Of a stretch of DNA of 64,000 bases, positions 48,388 to 58,789 are shown piece by piece. The notes beneath the pieces are model-generated. The model did not search any database. It worked only from the letters and a program-made list of their open reading frames with translations, and was not told where the DNA came from. Origin of the DNA: an uncultured Alphaproteobacteria bacterium (GTDB lineage Bacteria; Pseudomonadota; Alphaproteobacteria; Rs-D84); contig CATOOF010000001.1 in NCBI GenBank assembly GCA_951801825.1, positions 8,936 to 72,935 on the forward strand, written 5' to 3'. The position numbers and the translations under genes were made by a program. How positions within the stretch are numbered: position 1 is the stretch's first letter; each line of letters starts with the position of its first letter.

Positions 48388-50481
48388 TTAGTTATCTATT
48401 ATGGTTTCAATTAAATCACCGATTGGCGCCCCCATCCATTCCGGATCGTCGCGCATATCGGGCGCACCACGGCTAAGCGCTGTTTTACACGGCTGGTCGT
48501 CCGCCAGCCAGTTTTCCAACAAATCGCCCGCCAACAGCCCCAGCCCGGCACCGGCCGCCAAACTGATACCACCCGTAAACGGCGCCAGCAGTAATCCAAT
48601 ACCGGTTGCCGATGCAACCTTGCCCGCAACCGCCGCGCCACTTATTCTTATATCAGGTTCTGCCAAATTGCCAGAAATTTCTACGGAATTCATAACATTT
48701 CCCGTCAGCGACAGTTTTAATCCGCGAACCGGCACCGTCGTCAGCGCCAGACGCATGCTTTCTTCTCCTAAATCCAGACTGCCCGCCAGACGCAGATTTA
48801 TAGCGTTCGTTTCAACCGCAACACCATTTTCAGTCTCTATTCGCCCATTTCGAATCTTGGCCGAAATGGCGGCACATGAAATCTTTATCTGGTTATGCTT
48901 TTTCTCGGACCGGAACAAATCCTGGATGCCGTGACGCAGGCTGGTCAGGAAATCCGTGCCATAAATATTTGCAACCAATGCCGAATGCGCATACCCCGAG
49001 CCATTCGAATAAATCTGAACAGGACCGGTCGCCGTCTGCATTAATTCCGATAAATCGGCCCCGCGCCCACGTAAATAAAACCGCAGTCCCACCGGCAGAT
49101 TAGATATCAAATCAGGGGCACGCACCTGGTCGAGTATCTTTCCAACCTGAATGTTTTCGCCCATACCCGCCGCAATGATATCCAATGTTCCGTCAGGCTC
49201 TATCACAACATCTGCCGCGGCCTCTGTGGTGCCCCCCCCAATTCCGGCATGCAGATCAATGCGTCCCTGGCCGCTGTTTATGCGCATGCTCAAATCAATA
49301 TCAGCCAGGGTCAAATCCCGATAAACAATCATCTTGTCAATCTCGGCACGCAGATTCATGTCAAATTTCAAAAATTCCTTGCCATACAGTGGAATGTCTT
49401 TGAACACGTTCAGTTCCCTGTCGGGACGACCGCGGCGCTTAGACGCATACAGTTCCGGGAACAGTTCCATCAAATTTATCCGACGCGATTCCAGATTAAG
49501 CGTAAACGTGGGCTTTTTCCGTGTCCAATTATAATCCCCGGAAAATGTTATCTCGTTCCCGCGTACCAATGCGGTTGATTTGCGAAATGTTATCTTGCGC
49601 CCATCAAATCCGCCGGCCACATTCACACTCATTGTCGGCATATATGCCAATTCCAGGTTCAGCATCGCCCCCAGTGCGGCAACATCTGGGATATCGCCGC
49701 TTAGCACGAAATCAATCGGCAAGCGGCTGGTGCCTTCCAGTGCGACATTCGCAATCAGCGCATTGCCGCCCGTAGATATTGCAACCCGCACGGGATAAAC
49801 TTTCCGCTCGGGGTTATATTCGGAATAAGAAACAATAAACGGATAAACTTTTTCAGTCGGCTTTATCCATCCGGCATATTCGCGGGCATCATCTTTTGGG
49901 ATGTATTTAATTTCAAACCCGGCCAGAGAATACGTTCCATCCAGCAAATGCAGTGTCAGATTTTTTACCTCAACCCCGCCCAGGCCCGGATCTGCAAATG
50001 GATATTTCGGCTGAACCGCCGCCACATCCGGGGCATCATCGGCATTAGCGGCCGTGTCTTTATCAGTTTCGTCGGCATGCGGCGATATGGAGTATTCACC
50101 CTTTTCGTTTCGCTCTATACAGACCGATGCGTCATTAATTTTTACGTTCTTTATCGTCGGCCGGTCACGCAACAGCGACACCAAATCCAGCGTAACATCG
50201 ATTGATTCTGCACTGAATGCGTATTCATGGCGCGCCCACTGCGCATTTCGAACGCGCACCTGGTGCAACTCTATGCGCGGACGCAATGAAAATTTCCACG
50301 ATACCGCGCCGTCAATTTCTATATCCACCCCTGTCGCACCGCGCAAAATACCCAATATATCGCCACGCAGTGTTTCAAGGTTAACCTGGCTTAGCGCGAT
50401 AACAACGGCCACCACCAGCCCCATAAAAAATATCGAGACTATGCGCGCAATTGTAAAAAACAAATTTTTTCGAAACAGCAT
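48388..50481 (-). CDS. AsmA-family outer-membrane assembly protein
   Basis: 697 aa; N-terminal TM anchor; long beta-rich AsmA-like body. Confidence 0.65.
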   Translation of the reverse strand: MLFRKNLFFTIARIVSIFFMGLVVAVVIALSQVNLETLRGDILGILRGATGVDIEIDGAVSWKFSLRPRIELHQVRVRNAQWARHEYAFSAESIDVTLDLVSLLRDRPTIKNVKINDASVCIERNEKGEYSISPHADETDKDTAANADDAPDVAAVQPKYPFADPGLGGVEVKNLTLHLLDGTYSLAGFEIKYIPKDDAREYAGWIKPTEKVYPFIVSYSEYNPERKVYPVRVAISTGGNALIANVALEGTSRLPIDFVLSGDIPDVAALGAMLNLELAYMPTMSVNVAGGFDGRKITFRKSTALVRGNEITFSGDYNWTRKKPTFTLNLESRRINLMELFPELYASKRRGRPDRELNVFKDIPLYGKEFLKFDMNLRAEIDKMIVYRDLTLADIDLSMRINSGQGRIDLHAGIGGGTTEAAADVVIEPDGTLDIIAAGMGENIQVGKILDQVRAPDLISNLPVGLRFYLRGRGADLSELMQTATGPVQIYSNGSGYAHSALVANIYGTDFLTSLRHGIQDLFRSEKKHNQIKISCAAISAKIRNGRIETENGVAVETNAINLRLAGSLDLGEESMRLALTTVPVRGLKLSLTGNVMNSVEISGNLAEPDIRISGAAVAGKVASATGIGLLLAPFTGGISLAAGAGLGLLAGDLLENWLADDQPCKTALSRGAPDMRDDPEWMGAPIGDLIETIIDN

Positions 50482-50487
50482 TTTTAT

Positions 50488-51453
50488 TTAAGGCAACTTC
50501 AGTTCCAACAGCCGAACCACCGGCTGCATAAATTCCGGCATTTGGGCGCGCAACGTTATCAGCCGGCCCGTTGACGGGTGCTGAAAGGTTATCTTATGCG
50601 CGAACAAAAACAAGTTTTTCGTATTCGTCAAAGAATCCAGCCCCGGCATCGCACCGCCGTTACCGTACAGTGCATCCCCAACAATGGGCGCATTTAATGA
50701 CACCGCACTGTGAACGCGCAACTGGTGCGTACGGCCCGTCTTTGGCGAAAACAATACCCATGACAGCATCCCCGCCGCCTGGGTCAAAACACTATATTCG
50801 GTAACAGCATGCTGTGGCCGCGGCCCCGTTCCGCCATCCAGACGCCGCGGCGAATCAAACACCTGACCTTTTAGCATATAATTATCTATGATTCCACGTT
50901 CAGGACTTACCCGGCCATTTAACAGCGCCAGATATTGTTTTTGTGCGGTTTTGTTTTGAAACTGTGCCGCCAGTTTTTGTGCCGCCGTCTGATTTTTTGC
51001 CACAACCAATATACCGCTGGTTTCGCGGTCCAAACGGTGGACTAATGCAATCTTGTCATACGGGAACAAGGCCGCCGCCATTTTATCCACAGATTTGCGA
51101 ATCCCCGTTCCGCCCTGAACTGCCAACCCCGCCGGCTTGTCAAACACAACTATATCATTGTCATCATGAATAATGCACTGGCGCAACGATTCCAAATCAG
51201 CCAGCGAAAATGCATCGCCGGCCTCTGACTTTTTAGGCGCATTCGCATATCCGGCAACCGTCGGCGGAATGCGCACCACGTCGCCCGCCCGCAAAATTTC
51301 GTTTCCAGAAACACGCGATGAATTCACACGAATCTGGCCGCCGCGACACAGCTTGTAAAACTGGCGCTGGGGCATTGCGGGGAAACGCCGCAAAAACCAC
51401 CGATGCAGACGCGCACCTTCTTCTACCTGGGAAACAGTTACCATATCCGCCAT
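50488..51453 (-). CDS. rluC: 23S rRNA pseudouridine synthase, RluC/RluD (RluA) family
   Basis: S4-like N-terminus and catalytic …HRLDRETSGILVVAKN… motif. Confidence 0.85.
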   Translation of the reverse strand: MADMVTVSQVEEGARLHRWFLRRFPAMPQRQFYKLCRGGQIRVNSSRVSGNEILRAGDVVRIPPTVAGYANAPKKSEAGDAFSLADLESLRQCIIHDDNDIVVFDKPAGLAVQGGTGIRKSVDKMAAALFPYDKIALVHRLDRETSGILVVAKNQTAAQKLAAQFQNKTAQKQYLALLNGRVSPERGIIDNYMLKGQVFDSPRRLDGGTGPRPQHAVTEYSVLTQAAGMLSWVLFSPKTGRTHQLRVHSAVSLNAPIVGDALYGNGGAMPGLDSLTNTKNLFLFAHKITFQHPSTGRLITLRAQMPEFMQPVVRLLELKLP

Positions 51454-51457
51454 AAAA

Positions 51458-51922
51458 CTATTCGCCGTATGTTATATAAACAGTGTTTTTGCCGTTTAAA
51501 TCGTTACAGTTGCCAGCGGCGCCGCCCTGGGTTCCGTTTGACATCTGGTAACCAATCGAATCAGACCATGCCTTGGTCACAAAATATTTACAGTCACCCT
51601 CCGACAGGCCCGTCACAGAAACAATGAACTGGTGCGAATTTGCCGGATTGACATTCAGCTCATACGATCCGCCATACGGGTTTTTATTAGACATCCCGAT
51701 TGCACCAAAAATTGTGGCGTTGTTTATATGCGAAAAATCGTCATATTCGCCCAACAACTGGCGCACGCCTGTTACCATCTGGATAACATCATCGTTGACA
51801 CTGTTGCGCTTTTGCGTGCGCATCGCGGTTGAAATCATGCCGATTGCGCCGACGGTAATAACCCCCATAATCGCCAGCACCCCCAGCATCTCTATCATAG
51901 AACGTCCGGATTCCTGATTCAT
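51458..51922 (-). CDS. Type IV pilin/pseudopilin-like protein
   Basis: Prepilin N-terminus SGRSMIEMLGVLAIMGVITV (Gly then Glu at +5); C-terminal Cys pair. Confidence 0.65.
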   Translation of the reverse strand: MNQESGRSMIEMLGVLAIMGVITVGAIGMISTAMRTQKRNSVNDDVIQMVTGVRQLLGEYDDFSHINNATIFGAIGMSNKNPYGGSYELNVNPANSHQFIVSVTGLSEGDCKYFVTKAWSDSIGYQMSNGTQGGAAGNCNDLNGKNTVYITYGE

Positions 51923-51976
51923 GACTTATTATTCCCCCATTTGCTATTTGTTTTTCAATATTATATCATATTTGGC

Positions 51977-53401
51977 ATGAGTATTCAATTTTCAGATTTG
52001 ATTGAAAATAGTCCCAGTGCCCCCGGCGTATATAAAATGTACGACGTGGACGGCACCCTGCTCTATGTGGGCAAGGCAAAAAACCTGTCGAACCGTCTAA
52101 AACAATATATGGACATAGGCAAACTGGAACTGCACAAACAGGTTATGCGAACGCTGGTAACGCGCGTAGAATGGGAAACCGTTCCGACGGAATCAGACGC
52201 GTTGCTGCGCGAACAGGAATTAATAAAAACACAAAAGCCCAAATATAACATCATGCTGACTGACGGCAAGATGTATCCCATGCTGGCGCTGACGCAGTCT
52301 GAATTTCCCCGCCTGCTCAAATTCCGCGGCAAGATATCACAGCGCCGCGACGTATACGGCCCGTACCCGTCGGTGGCGGCGCTGAACGAGACAATAAAAA
52401 CAATTCAAAAGGTATGCCAGCTGCGCACATGCACCGATACATTTATGAGAAACCGCGCGCGGCCCTGTCTGCTGCATCAAATCGGCCGATGCAGCGCCCC
52501 GTGCACATTACAACAGACCGACTATGCGTCGCGCGTATCACTGGCGCGCCGAATACTAACCGGCGACAGCGAACCCATCATCGCAGATTTATCGGCGGCG
52601 ATGCAAAAACATTCGGCAAACATGGAATTTGAATTGGCGGCCACATGCCGTGACAAAATAGCCGCATTAACACACACCGCAAACCGCGGTATGCGGCGCA
52701 CACGTGCACATAGCGCGAATTTAGACTGGCCGGAAACAGTTGCTCAATTACAGCAATGGCTGGGGATAAAAATAGAATGTGCGGGCGTGTTTGACAACTC
52801 GCACCTGTTTGGGCGAAACCCGGTTGGCGCCATGATAGCATTCGGACCGGACGGTTTTATCAAATCATCTTATCGCCACTTTAAATTAAACGATGCGGCG
52901 CGTGCCGGAAACGATATCGCAATGATGGCGGAATTCGTCGGGCGCGCCGTCGAACGCGGCCCTAAACTGGACCTGATTATCGTTGACGGCGGACGCGCCC
53001 AATGGAACATCGCACATAAAACCGCACCAAATATTCCCATCCTGGGGGTAACCAAGGGCGAAGTGCGCGACGGCGACGAGCACTTTATCCTGCCCGACGG
53101 GACCGAGTGTCACGACATGCCAAAAGATTCGAAACTGTTTTTATTACTGCGCGCCGTTCGCGACGAGGCACATCGTTTTGTAATCACATATCACCGCACG
53201 GTCCGTGCAAAAACAGTAACCGCATCGGTCCTGGACGAGATAGAGGGCATCGGCCCCACACGCAAAAAGGCATTATTGTTGCATTTCGGTTCCGCACGCG
53301 CGGTTGGCGATGCGGATTTGGCCGCACTAATGCGCGTGCCAGGCTTGGGAAAAAATGCCGCCGAAAAAATATATGCCTATTTTCATTCCAACGTGATATA
53401 A
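51977..53401 (+). CDS. uvrC: Excinuclease ABC subunit C (compact form)
   Basis: GIY-YIG (…GVYKMYDVDGTLLYVGKAKNL…), UvrBC-type helix and C-terminal (HhH)2 …EIEGIGPTRKKALLLHFGS…; start at MSIQFSD. Confidence 0.8.
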   Translation: MSIQFSDLIENSPSAPGVYKMYDVDGTLLYVGKAKNLSNRLKQYMDIGKLELHKQVMRTLVTRVEWETVPTESDALLREQELIKTQKPKYNIMLTDGKMYPMLALTQSEFPRLLKFRGKISQRRDVYGPYPSVAALNETIKTIQKVCQLRTCTDTFMRNRARPCLLHQIGRCSAPCTLQQTDYASRVSLARRILTGDSEPIIADLSAAMQKHSANMEFELAATCRDKIAALTHTANRGMRRTRAHSANLDWPETVAQLQQWLGIKIECAGVFDNSHLFGRNPVGAMIAFGPDGFIKSSYRHFKLNDAARAGNDIAMMAEFVGRAVERGPKLDLIIVDGGRAQWNIAHKTAPNIPILGVTKGEVRDGDEHFILPDGTECHDMPKDSKLFLLLRAVRDEAHRFVITYHRTVRAKTVTASVLDEIEGIGPTRKKALLLHFGSARAVGDADLAALMRVPGLGKNAAEKIYAYFHSNVI

Positions 53402-53430
53402 TAAGACTATTCATACAAAGGAGAAATTAT

Positions 53431-54030
53431 ATGAAATTTTTTGTAAACTTTTTATCGGCGTTCCGTATCGCGGCATCGTTTGCAATCATTCCGACACTGA
53501 TGTTCCAGTGGTACTGGGTATCGTTTATATTGTTCGCACTGGCGGCAATATCTGATTGGTTTGATGGTTTTCTGGCACGCAAATATAATGTATGCAGTAA
53601 AATCGGCGGCGTGATGGATCATATCGGGGATAAACTGCTGGTGGTAAATACACTGATTATGCTGACTGTTATGATGCCGACATGGTTCATTGTCGTACCT
53701 GTAATCATAATGATTGTACGCGAACTCTACATCAGTGGCCTGCGCGAATTTTTGGGCACCCAGAAAATAGAAATGCCGGTACCAAAGGCGCGCTTTTCCA
53801 TGGGCAAGATAAAAACCACACTGCAGATGATAACGATTGTGGCGTTTTTGGGATTGTTTGTAATGACGACAACCGTATCGCCGGCTGGAATCACGCGCAG
53901 CGGCCTTATCGCGATGAACATCATTTCCCAGATTGGCATATTTGGACTGTGGCTGTCGTTGCTGGCATCCGTTTGGAGCGCGACACAATACACATTCACA
54001 TTTGCCGAAAAAATAAAGAAAATAAAATAA
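53431..54030 (+). CDS. pgsA: CDP-diacylglycerol--glycerol-3-phosphate 3-phosphatidyltransferase
   Basis: CDP-alcohol phosphotransferase motif DWFDGFLARK…GGVMDHIGDK; the uvrC-pgsA adjacency is as in E. coli. Confidence 0.8.
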   Translation: MKFFVNFLSAFRIAASFAIIPTLMFQWYWVSFILFALAAISDWFDGFLARKYNVCSKIGGVMDHIGDKLLVVNTLIMLTVMMPTWFIVVPVIIMIVRELYISGLREFLGTQKIEMPVPKARFSMGKIKTTLQMITIVAFLGLFVMTTTVSPAGITRSGLIAMNIISQIGIFGLWLSLLASVWSATQYTFTFAEKIKKIK

Positions 54031-54065
54031 TAGAAAAACGCTCTATGTACATGAAATCCGCCCCG

Positions 54066-54098
54066 TTTACAGGGGCGGATGTTTTTTTGTCGGCATCA
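54066..54098 (+). terminator. rho-independent terminator after pgsA
   Basis: ATCCGCCCC-GTTTACA-GGGGCGGAT followed by T7. Confidence 0.7.
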
Positions 54099-54161
54099 AA
54101 AAACACAATTTCATTATATGTTTTTATTTAACAGGCTTAACACATCTGCCGGCTCAATTTA

Positions 54162-55295
54162 TTAAAACCATCCTTTTTTACCGGGCTTGGTCTCTGCAAA
54201 TTCTGCCAACAGCTTTTTCTGCTTGTCCGTCAGTTTGGTCGGAATCTGTATACCAATCTCTATATACATGTCGCCATAACTGCCCGCGCGTCGCCCCGGC
54301 ATTCCATGCCCGCGCACGCGCAGACGCTCGCCAACCTGGGTTCCGGCCGGAACCTTTACCGCCAATGTTTTATCATCAATTGTATTAACATCAATCTCGC
54401 CACCCAGGGCCAGTGTGGTAAACGCAATATCCATATGCATAATCAGATCAGACCCGACACGTTGGAAACGCTTGTCCGGGCGCACGCGCACATCCAGGTA
54501 AAAATCACCGGCCGGCCCACCGTTTGTACCGGCCTCGCCCTGGCCCGCCAAACGCAGACGCGCGCCATCCTCAACACCGGCCGGTATTTTTACCTCCAGC
54601 GTGCGGGATTTATGCACCGCCCCAACACCGTCACATGCATCGCATTTCTTTTCAATCTTGTGACCGATACCGTGGCATTCGGGACACGGGGCCTCCATCG
54701 CGAAAAATCCCTGTTGGGTGCGGACATATCCGCTGCCGCCACATTTTGGACAGCTGGGGGCGGGTTTGCCGTCGGCGGTGCCGTACCCGTGACATTTTTC
54801 GCATGTCGCGTTACTTGAAAACTTAACCGTATGGGTTTTGCCAAAATACGCGTCTTTTAAATCAATTACAACCTCGTCTAGCAAATCACGACCGCGCCGG
54901 TTTGCCGCACCACGTGACGCAGAGGCGCCGCCCCCGCCAAAATCACCAAATCCAAATCCGCGCATCGCCTCGCGCAGGATGTCCTCCATCCCGGCACCAC
55001 CCCCCATATTAAAATCAAATCCACCCGCGCCAAACGGATTTCCGCCCGCACCGGCCGACGCACCATTGCCGCCGGCGAACGCCGCGTTACCAAACCGGTC
55101 GTATGCCGCGCGTTTTTGCGGGTCTTTTAATATGTCAAAGGCGTTGTTTACCTCCTTAAACTTATCCTCTGCCGATTTATCCCCAGGATTGCGGTCCGGA
55201 TGATATTTCATAACCAGTTTATGATAAGCCTTTTTAATATCAGCGTCCGATGCATCGCGCGCCACGCCCAAAATTTCATATGGATTACTGTTCAT
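54162..55295 (-). CDS. dnaJ: Chaperone DnaJ
   Basis: J-domain (HPD), G/F region, four CxxCxGxG zinc-finger repeats. Confidence 0.93.
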   Translation of the reverse strand: MNSNPYEILGVARDASDADIKKAYHKLVMKYHPDRNPGDKSAEDKFKEVNNAFDILKDPQKRAAYDRFGNAAFAGGNGASAGAGGNPFGAGGFDFNMGGGAGMEDILREAMRGFGFGDFGGGGASASRGAANRRGRDLLDEVVIDLKDAYFGKTHTVKFSSNATCEKCHGYGTADGKPAPSCPKCGGSGYVRTQQGFFAMEAPCPECHGIGHKIEKKCDACDGVGAVHKSRTLEVKIPAGVEDGARLRLAGQGEAGTNGGPAGDFYLDVRVRPDKRFQRVGSDLIMHMDIAFTTLALGGEIDVNTIDDKTLAVKVPAGTQVGERLRVRGHGMPGRRAGSYGDMYIEIGIQIPTKLTDKQKKLLAEFAETKPGKKGWF

Positions 55296-55420
55296 TTTAT
55301 TTTTCCGTATTATTTTCCAAGAATATATAAGTCCATTATACTAAAAATCAAGCCAAATGAAAACCCAGGATAACAGAAATATGCCATCCTGGGAAATCAT
55401 ACCTACTACAATAATATAGT

Positions 55421-56023
55421 CTATCGGCGGTGCTGCAAATAATCTGCAAACGCATTCAGGTTAAAAAATGTGCGCTTGCCGCCGCAAATATTTAACAATT
55501 CTGACTCTTGGGATGATGCCCCCTTAATAAGAACCGGTATAATGCGCCACTTGGCCGGCCAGGTCATATCATTTACCTGGGTCCCCAGGATAAAGTTCAT
55601 CGACGCTTCGTCACGGCCCGTAGAACGGAACAAATAGTTACGGTTAGATACAAACGGGCTGTTTATCTCGTAATGCGCGGCGGCATTCATCGCAGGCGCA
55701 ATAGAGCGATACTGGGCTTCCAACGCCTTTGCATTTTCAGGAAAAGCCAGCTGACCGTAAAACTCTATCGTAACTTCGGGTTGAGCCGCAATCTTTTCCA
55801 GCGCCGCCAATACACCCGGGCGCAGCGTCGGATTCTGGGCACATTTATTCAGCACATATGCCATATCGGCCTTTAACATATTGCGCCCCAGACCATATCT
55901 GTATGCAATATTTAATGCCGTCGCCTTGGTTCGGCCATAATCCGCAATGGCAACATCAGAAAATTTTTTTTCAATCGGTTCAAAAACAATACCATTCAAA
56001 TCTATAATAATATTCTTACGCAT
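55421..56023 (-). CDS. Hypothetical protein (possible HAD-like fold)
   Basis: N-terminal IIDLNGIV resembles the HAD motif I DxDGT but with Asn at the second Asp position. Confidence 0.3.
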   Translation of the reverse strand: MRKNIIIDLNGIVFEPIEKKFSDVAIADYGRTKATALNIAYRYGLGRNMLKADMAYVLNKCAQNPTLRPGVLAALEKIAAQPEVTIEFYGQLAFPENAKALEAQYRSIAPAMNAAAHYEINSPFVSNRNYLFRSTGRDEASMNFILGTQVNDMTWPAKWRIIPVLIKGASSQESELLNICGGKRTFFNLNAFADYLQHRR

Positions 56024-56172
56024 AATATCCTCGCTGTGATGTAATTTCTCTAAATTTATACTAAAAAAATATTTTTGTCAAGACTTTTATGTAAGTATGT
56101 ATTCCCACCGCATATCGGATAATATTCTTTAGGCTTGCACAAAACGGAATAATGTTATAATAATTATATGCT

Positions 56173-58152
56173 ATGACAGACACATCTACACACACATACG
56201 ACGCATCAGATATTCAGGTATTAGAGGGGCTGGAGCCTGTTCGCCTGCGCCCGGGAATGTACATTGGCGGTACGGACGAAAAGGCGTGGCATCACCTGCC
56301 GGTGGAAATCATGGACAACTCGATTGATGAGGCGGTCGCCGGATTTGCCAAAAAGATTTCGGTTAACCTGATTGATTCCAAGACCATAGAAATCACTGAC
56401 GACGGCCGCGGTATCCCTGTGGACGAACATCCCAAATATCCCGGCAAATCCGCATTAGAGGTAATTTTAACCACCCTCCATTCTGGCGGCAAGTTTAATA
56501 ATAATGTATATAAAACCAGCGGTGGTCTCCATGGCGTGGGCAGTGCGGTTGTAAACGCCCTGTCATCGGAAATGATTGTTACGATATCGCGTGATGGATA
56601 TACATGGCGCCAAACTTTTGCCCGCGGCAAACCCACCAGCGCAATGATTCGCGGCGAGCCGACCAAGGCGCACGGAACACAAATCCGTTTCACAATCGAC
56701 GACCAGATATTCGGCGAAAACGCGGTATTTAAGCCTATAAAAATATATCGCATGGCCCGTGCCAAGGCATTTTTGTCAAAGGGTGTAAAAATAGACTGGC
56801 ACTGTAACCCGGCCCTGCTGACCGAGGATATGAACATCCCGGCCGACACGACGTTTTATTACCCCAACGGCCTGGCGGATTTCTTGGCCGAAAAAACAGA
56901 TAACAAACCGCGCATCCTGCCAAAAATATTCAGCGGCAGCGTCGATTTCCCCGACGACAGCGGACGCGTGGAATGGGCACTGACGTTTTTAACAGATGAA
57001 AACGGCGCCGCATCAGACGACGGGTTCTTTTCATCATACTGTAACACAATCGCGACAATTGATGGCGGCACGCATGAAACCGGCTTTAAATCAGCAATTA
57101 CCAAGGGGATAAAGGCATACGGCGAAAAAGTTAACAACAAATCTGCGGCAAATATAATCGGCGACGACGTATTTGATTCTGTTGCGGCAATTGTTTCCGT
57201 TTTTTATAAAACGCCGCAATTCTTGGGCCAGACCAAGGAAAAGTTATCTAACCCAGAGGTTGCCCGCTATACAGAGGCCGCCCTGCGCGACCCATGGGAA
57301 ATATTCCTGGCATCGGATCCGAAAACAGCCAACGCGGTACTGGATTTTGTAATAAATCTGGCGAATGCACGAATCAAAACAAAGCAAGTAAAAGATGTCG
57401 CCCGCAAGACCCCGACCAAGCGTATTCGCATGCCGGCCAAGCTGGCCGACTGCTCAAAGCACGGAATTGAGGGAACAGAGCTGTTCATAGTTGAGGGGGA
57501 ATCGGCCGGCGGTACGGCAAAACAGGCGCGCGACCGCGCGACCCAGGCGATTATGCCACTGCGCGGCAAGGTATTGAATGTTATATCCAATTCCGATGAA
57601 CGATTTGGAAACAACAAGGAACTAAACGAGCTTATTGATATCATCGGCGCCGGCACGGCCAAAAATTGGGACGATAGCAAACTGCGCTATGAAAAAATAA
57701 TCGTCATGACCGATGCCGACGTCGACGGCAGCCATATTGCATCGCTATTGATGGCATTCTTTTACCAACACATGCCCCAACTGATTTATGGGGGCCACCT
57801 ATATCTATCATGCCCTCCACTGTACAAGCTGACGCATGGCACAGAATCTATATATGTTGATACCGACGAACAGCTTGAAGAGCTTAAAAACGGCAAATAC
57901 AAAAACAAAAAAATCGAAATATCACGATTCAAGGGACTGGGCGAAATGATGCCGAATCAGCTAAAAGAAACAACCATGTCACCAAAGACACGCCGCCTGA
58001 TTCGCGTTGAACTGCCACCGCGTACCGACGACGGGGCCGAGGATACGGAAAAAACACGGACGATAGTATCCGAGCTTATGGGCAAAAAGCCTGAATTCCG
58101 TTTCAAATTTATTACTGAACACGCCCAGTTTGTAAAAGACCTGTTCGTATAA
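56173..58152 (+). CDS. parE: Type IIA topoisomerase B subunit, most likely topoisomerase IV ParE
   Basis: 659 aa with GHKL ATPase, Toprim (EGESAG, MTDADVDGSHI) and a short C-terminal domain lacking the ~170-aa GyrB insertion. Confidence 0.7.
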   Translation: MTDTSTHTYDASDIQVLEGLEPVRLRPGMYIGGTDEKAWHHLPVEIMDNSIDEAVAGFAKKISVNLIDSKTIEITDDGRGIPVDEHPKYPGKSALEVILTTLHSGGKFNNNVYKTSGGLHGVGSAVVNALSSEMIVTISRDGYTWRQTFARGKPTSAMIRGEPTKAHGTQIRFTIDDQIFGENAVFKPIKIYRMARAKAFLSKGVKIDWHCNPALLTEDMNIPADTTFYYPNGLADFLAEKTDNKPRILPKIFSGSVDFPDDSGRVEWALTFLTDENGAASDDGFFSSYCNTIATIDGGTHETGFKSAITKGIKAYGEKVNNKSAANIIGDDVFDSVAAIVSVFYKTPQFLGQTKEKLSNPEVARYTEAALRDPWEIFLASDPKTANAVLDFVINLANARIKTKQVKDVARKTPTKRIRMPAKLADCSKHGIEGTELFIVEGESAGGTAKQARDRATQAIMPLRGKVLNVISNSDERFGNNKELNELIDIIGAGTAKNWDDSKLRYEKIIVMTDADVDGSHIASLLMAFFYQHMPQLIYGGHLYLSCPPLYKLTHGTESIYVDTDEQLEELKNGKYKNKKIEISRFKGLGEMMPNQLKETTMSPKTRRLIRVELPPRTDDGAEDTEKTRTIVSELMGKKPEFRFKFITEHAQFVKDLFV

Positions 58153-58311
58153 TGTGTCAACGTTGCCCTATTCCATCCAACGCCCTGCATACAACGTCTC
58201 TGGGCGAAATGCGCATCCGACGCAAACTGCTAAAAAAACCAATTAAATATTGACAAAACAATTTAATGTACTATATTGTATTTTGTAAAAGTCAATAAAC
58301 AGGAGCTTTAC

Positions 58312-58785
58312 ATGACATTTCAATTCAATACTATAAAGCAGGATATTACCCAGCGCCCTATGGCACATACCCGAAAAAAGAAAAATACATATATCGTAAA
58401 CATAAGCCCTATTTCTGGCGCCATCCATTTCGCATTATGCAAAACAACACCTTTGCCAATCGTGATAAAAAACGGCCAAACCATGCAAAATACTACAGAC
58501 TGGATGACGGCAACACACTTTCCGAATCCGGGTGCACATCATTTGGTCGCAGACTATAACATGTTACAGCCGTTATTGGGCGATATTGCATCCACAGTGG
58601 TAGAATATCTGGACAAAGAAACAGGCAAGCCAGTGGCCTATCTTTACCCGACATCGCTGACAGTATGTGAAGGATTCGAAAACAACTATGAATCCCGCCT
58701 TAACAATCCAACGCGTAAAGATTTAAAATTTCAAATTGCCAAGCGCCAGCAACTGTTGGAAATAGCATATCAAAACACGAAATAA
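58312..58785 (+). CDS. Hypothetical protein
   Basis: 158 aa ORF starting at ATG 58312 with upstream AGGAG; no recognisable family. Confidence 0.35.
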   Translation: MTFQFNTIKQDITQRPMAHTRKKKNTYIVNISPISGAIHFALCKTTPLPIVIKNGQTMQNTTDWMTATHFPNPGAHHLVADYNMLQPLLGDIASTVVEYLDKETGKPVAYLYPTSLTVCEGFENNYESRLNNPTRKDLKFQIAKRQQLLEIAYQNTK

Positions 58786-58789
58786 AACA

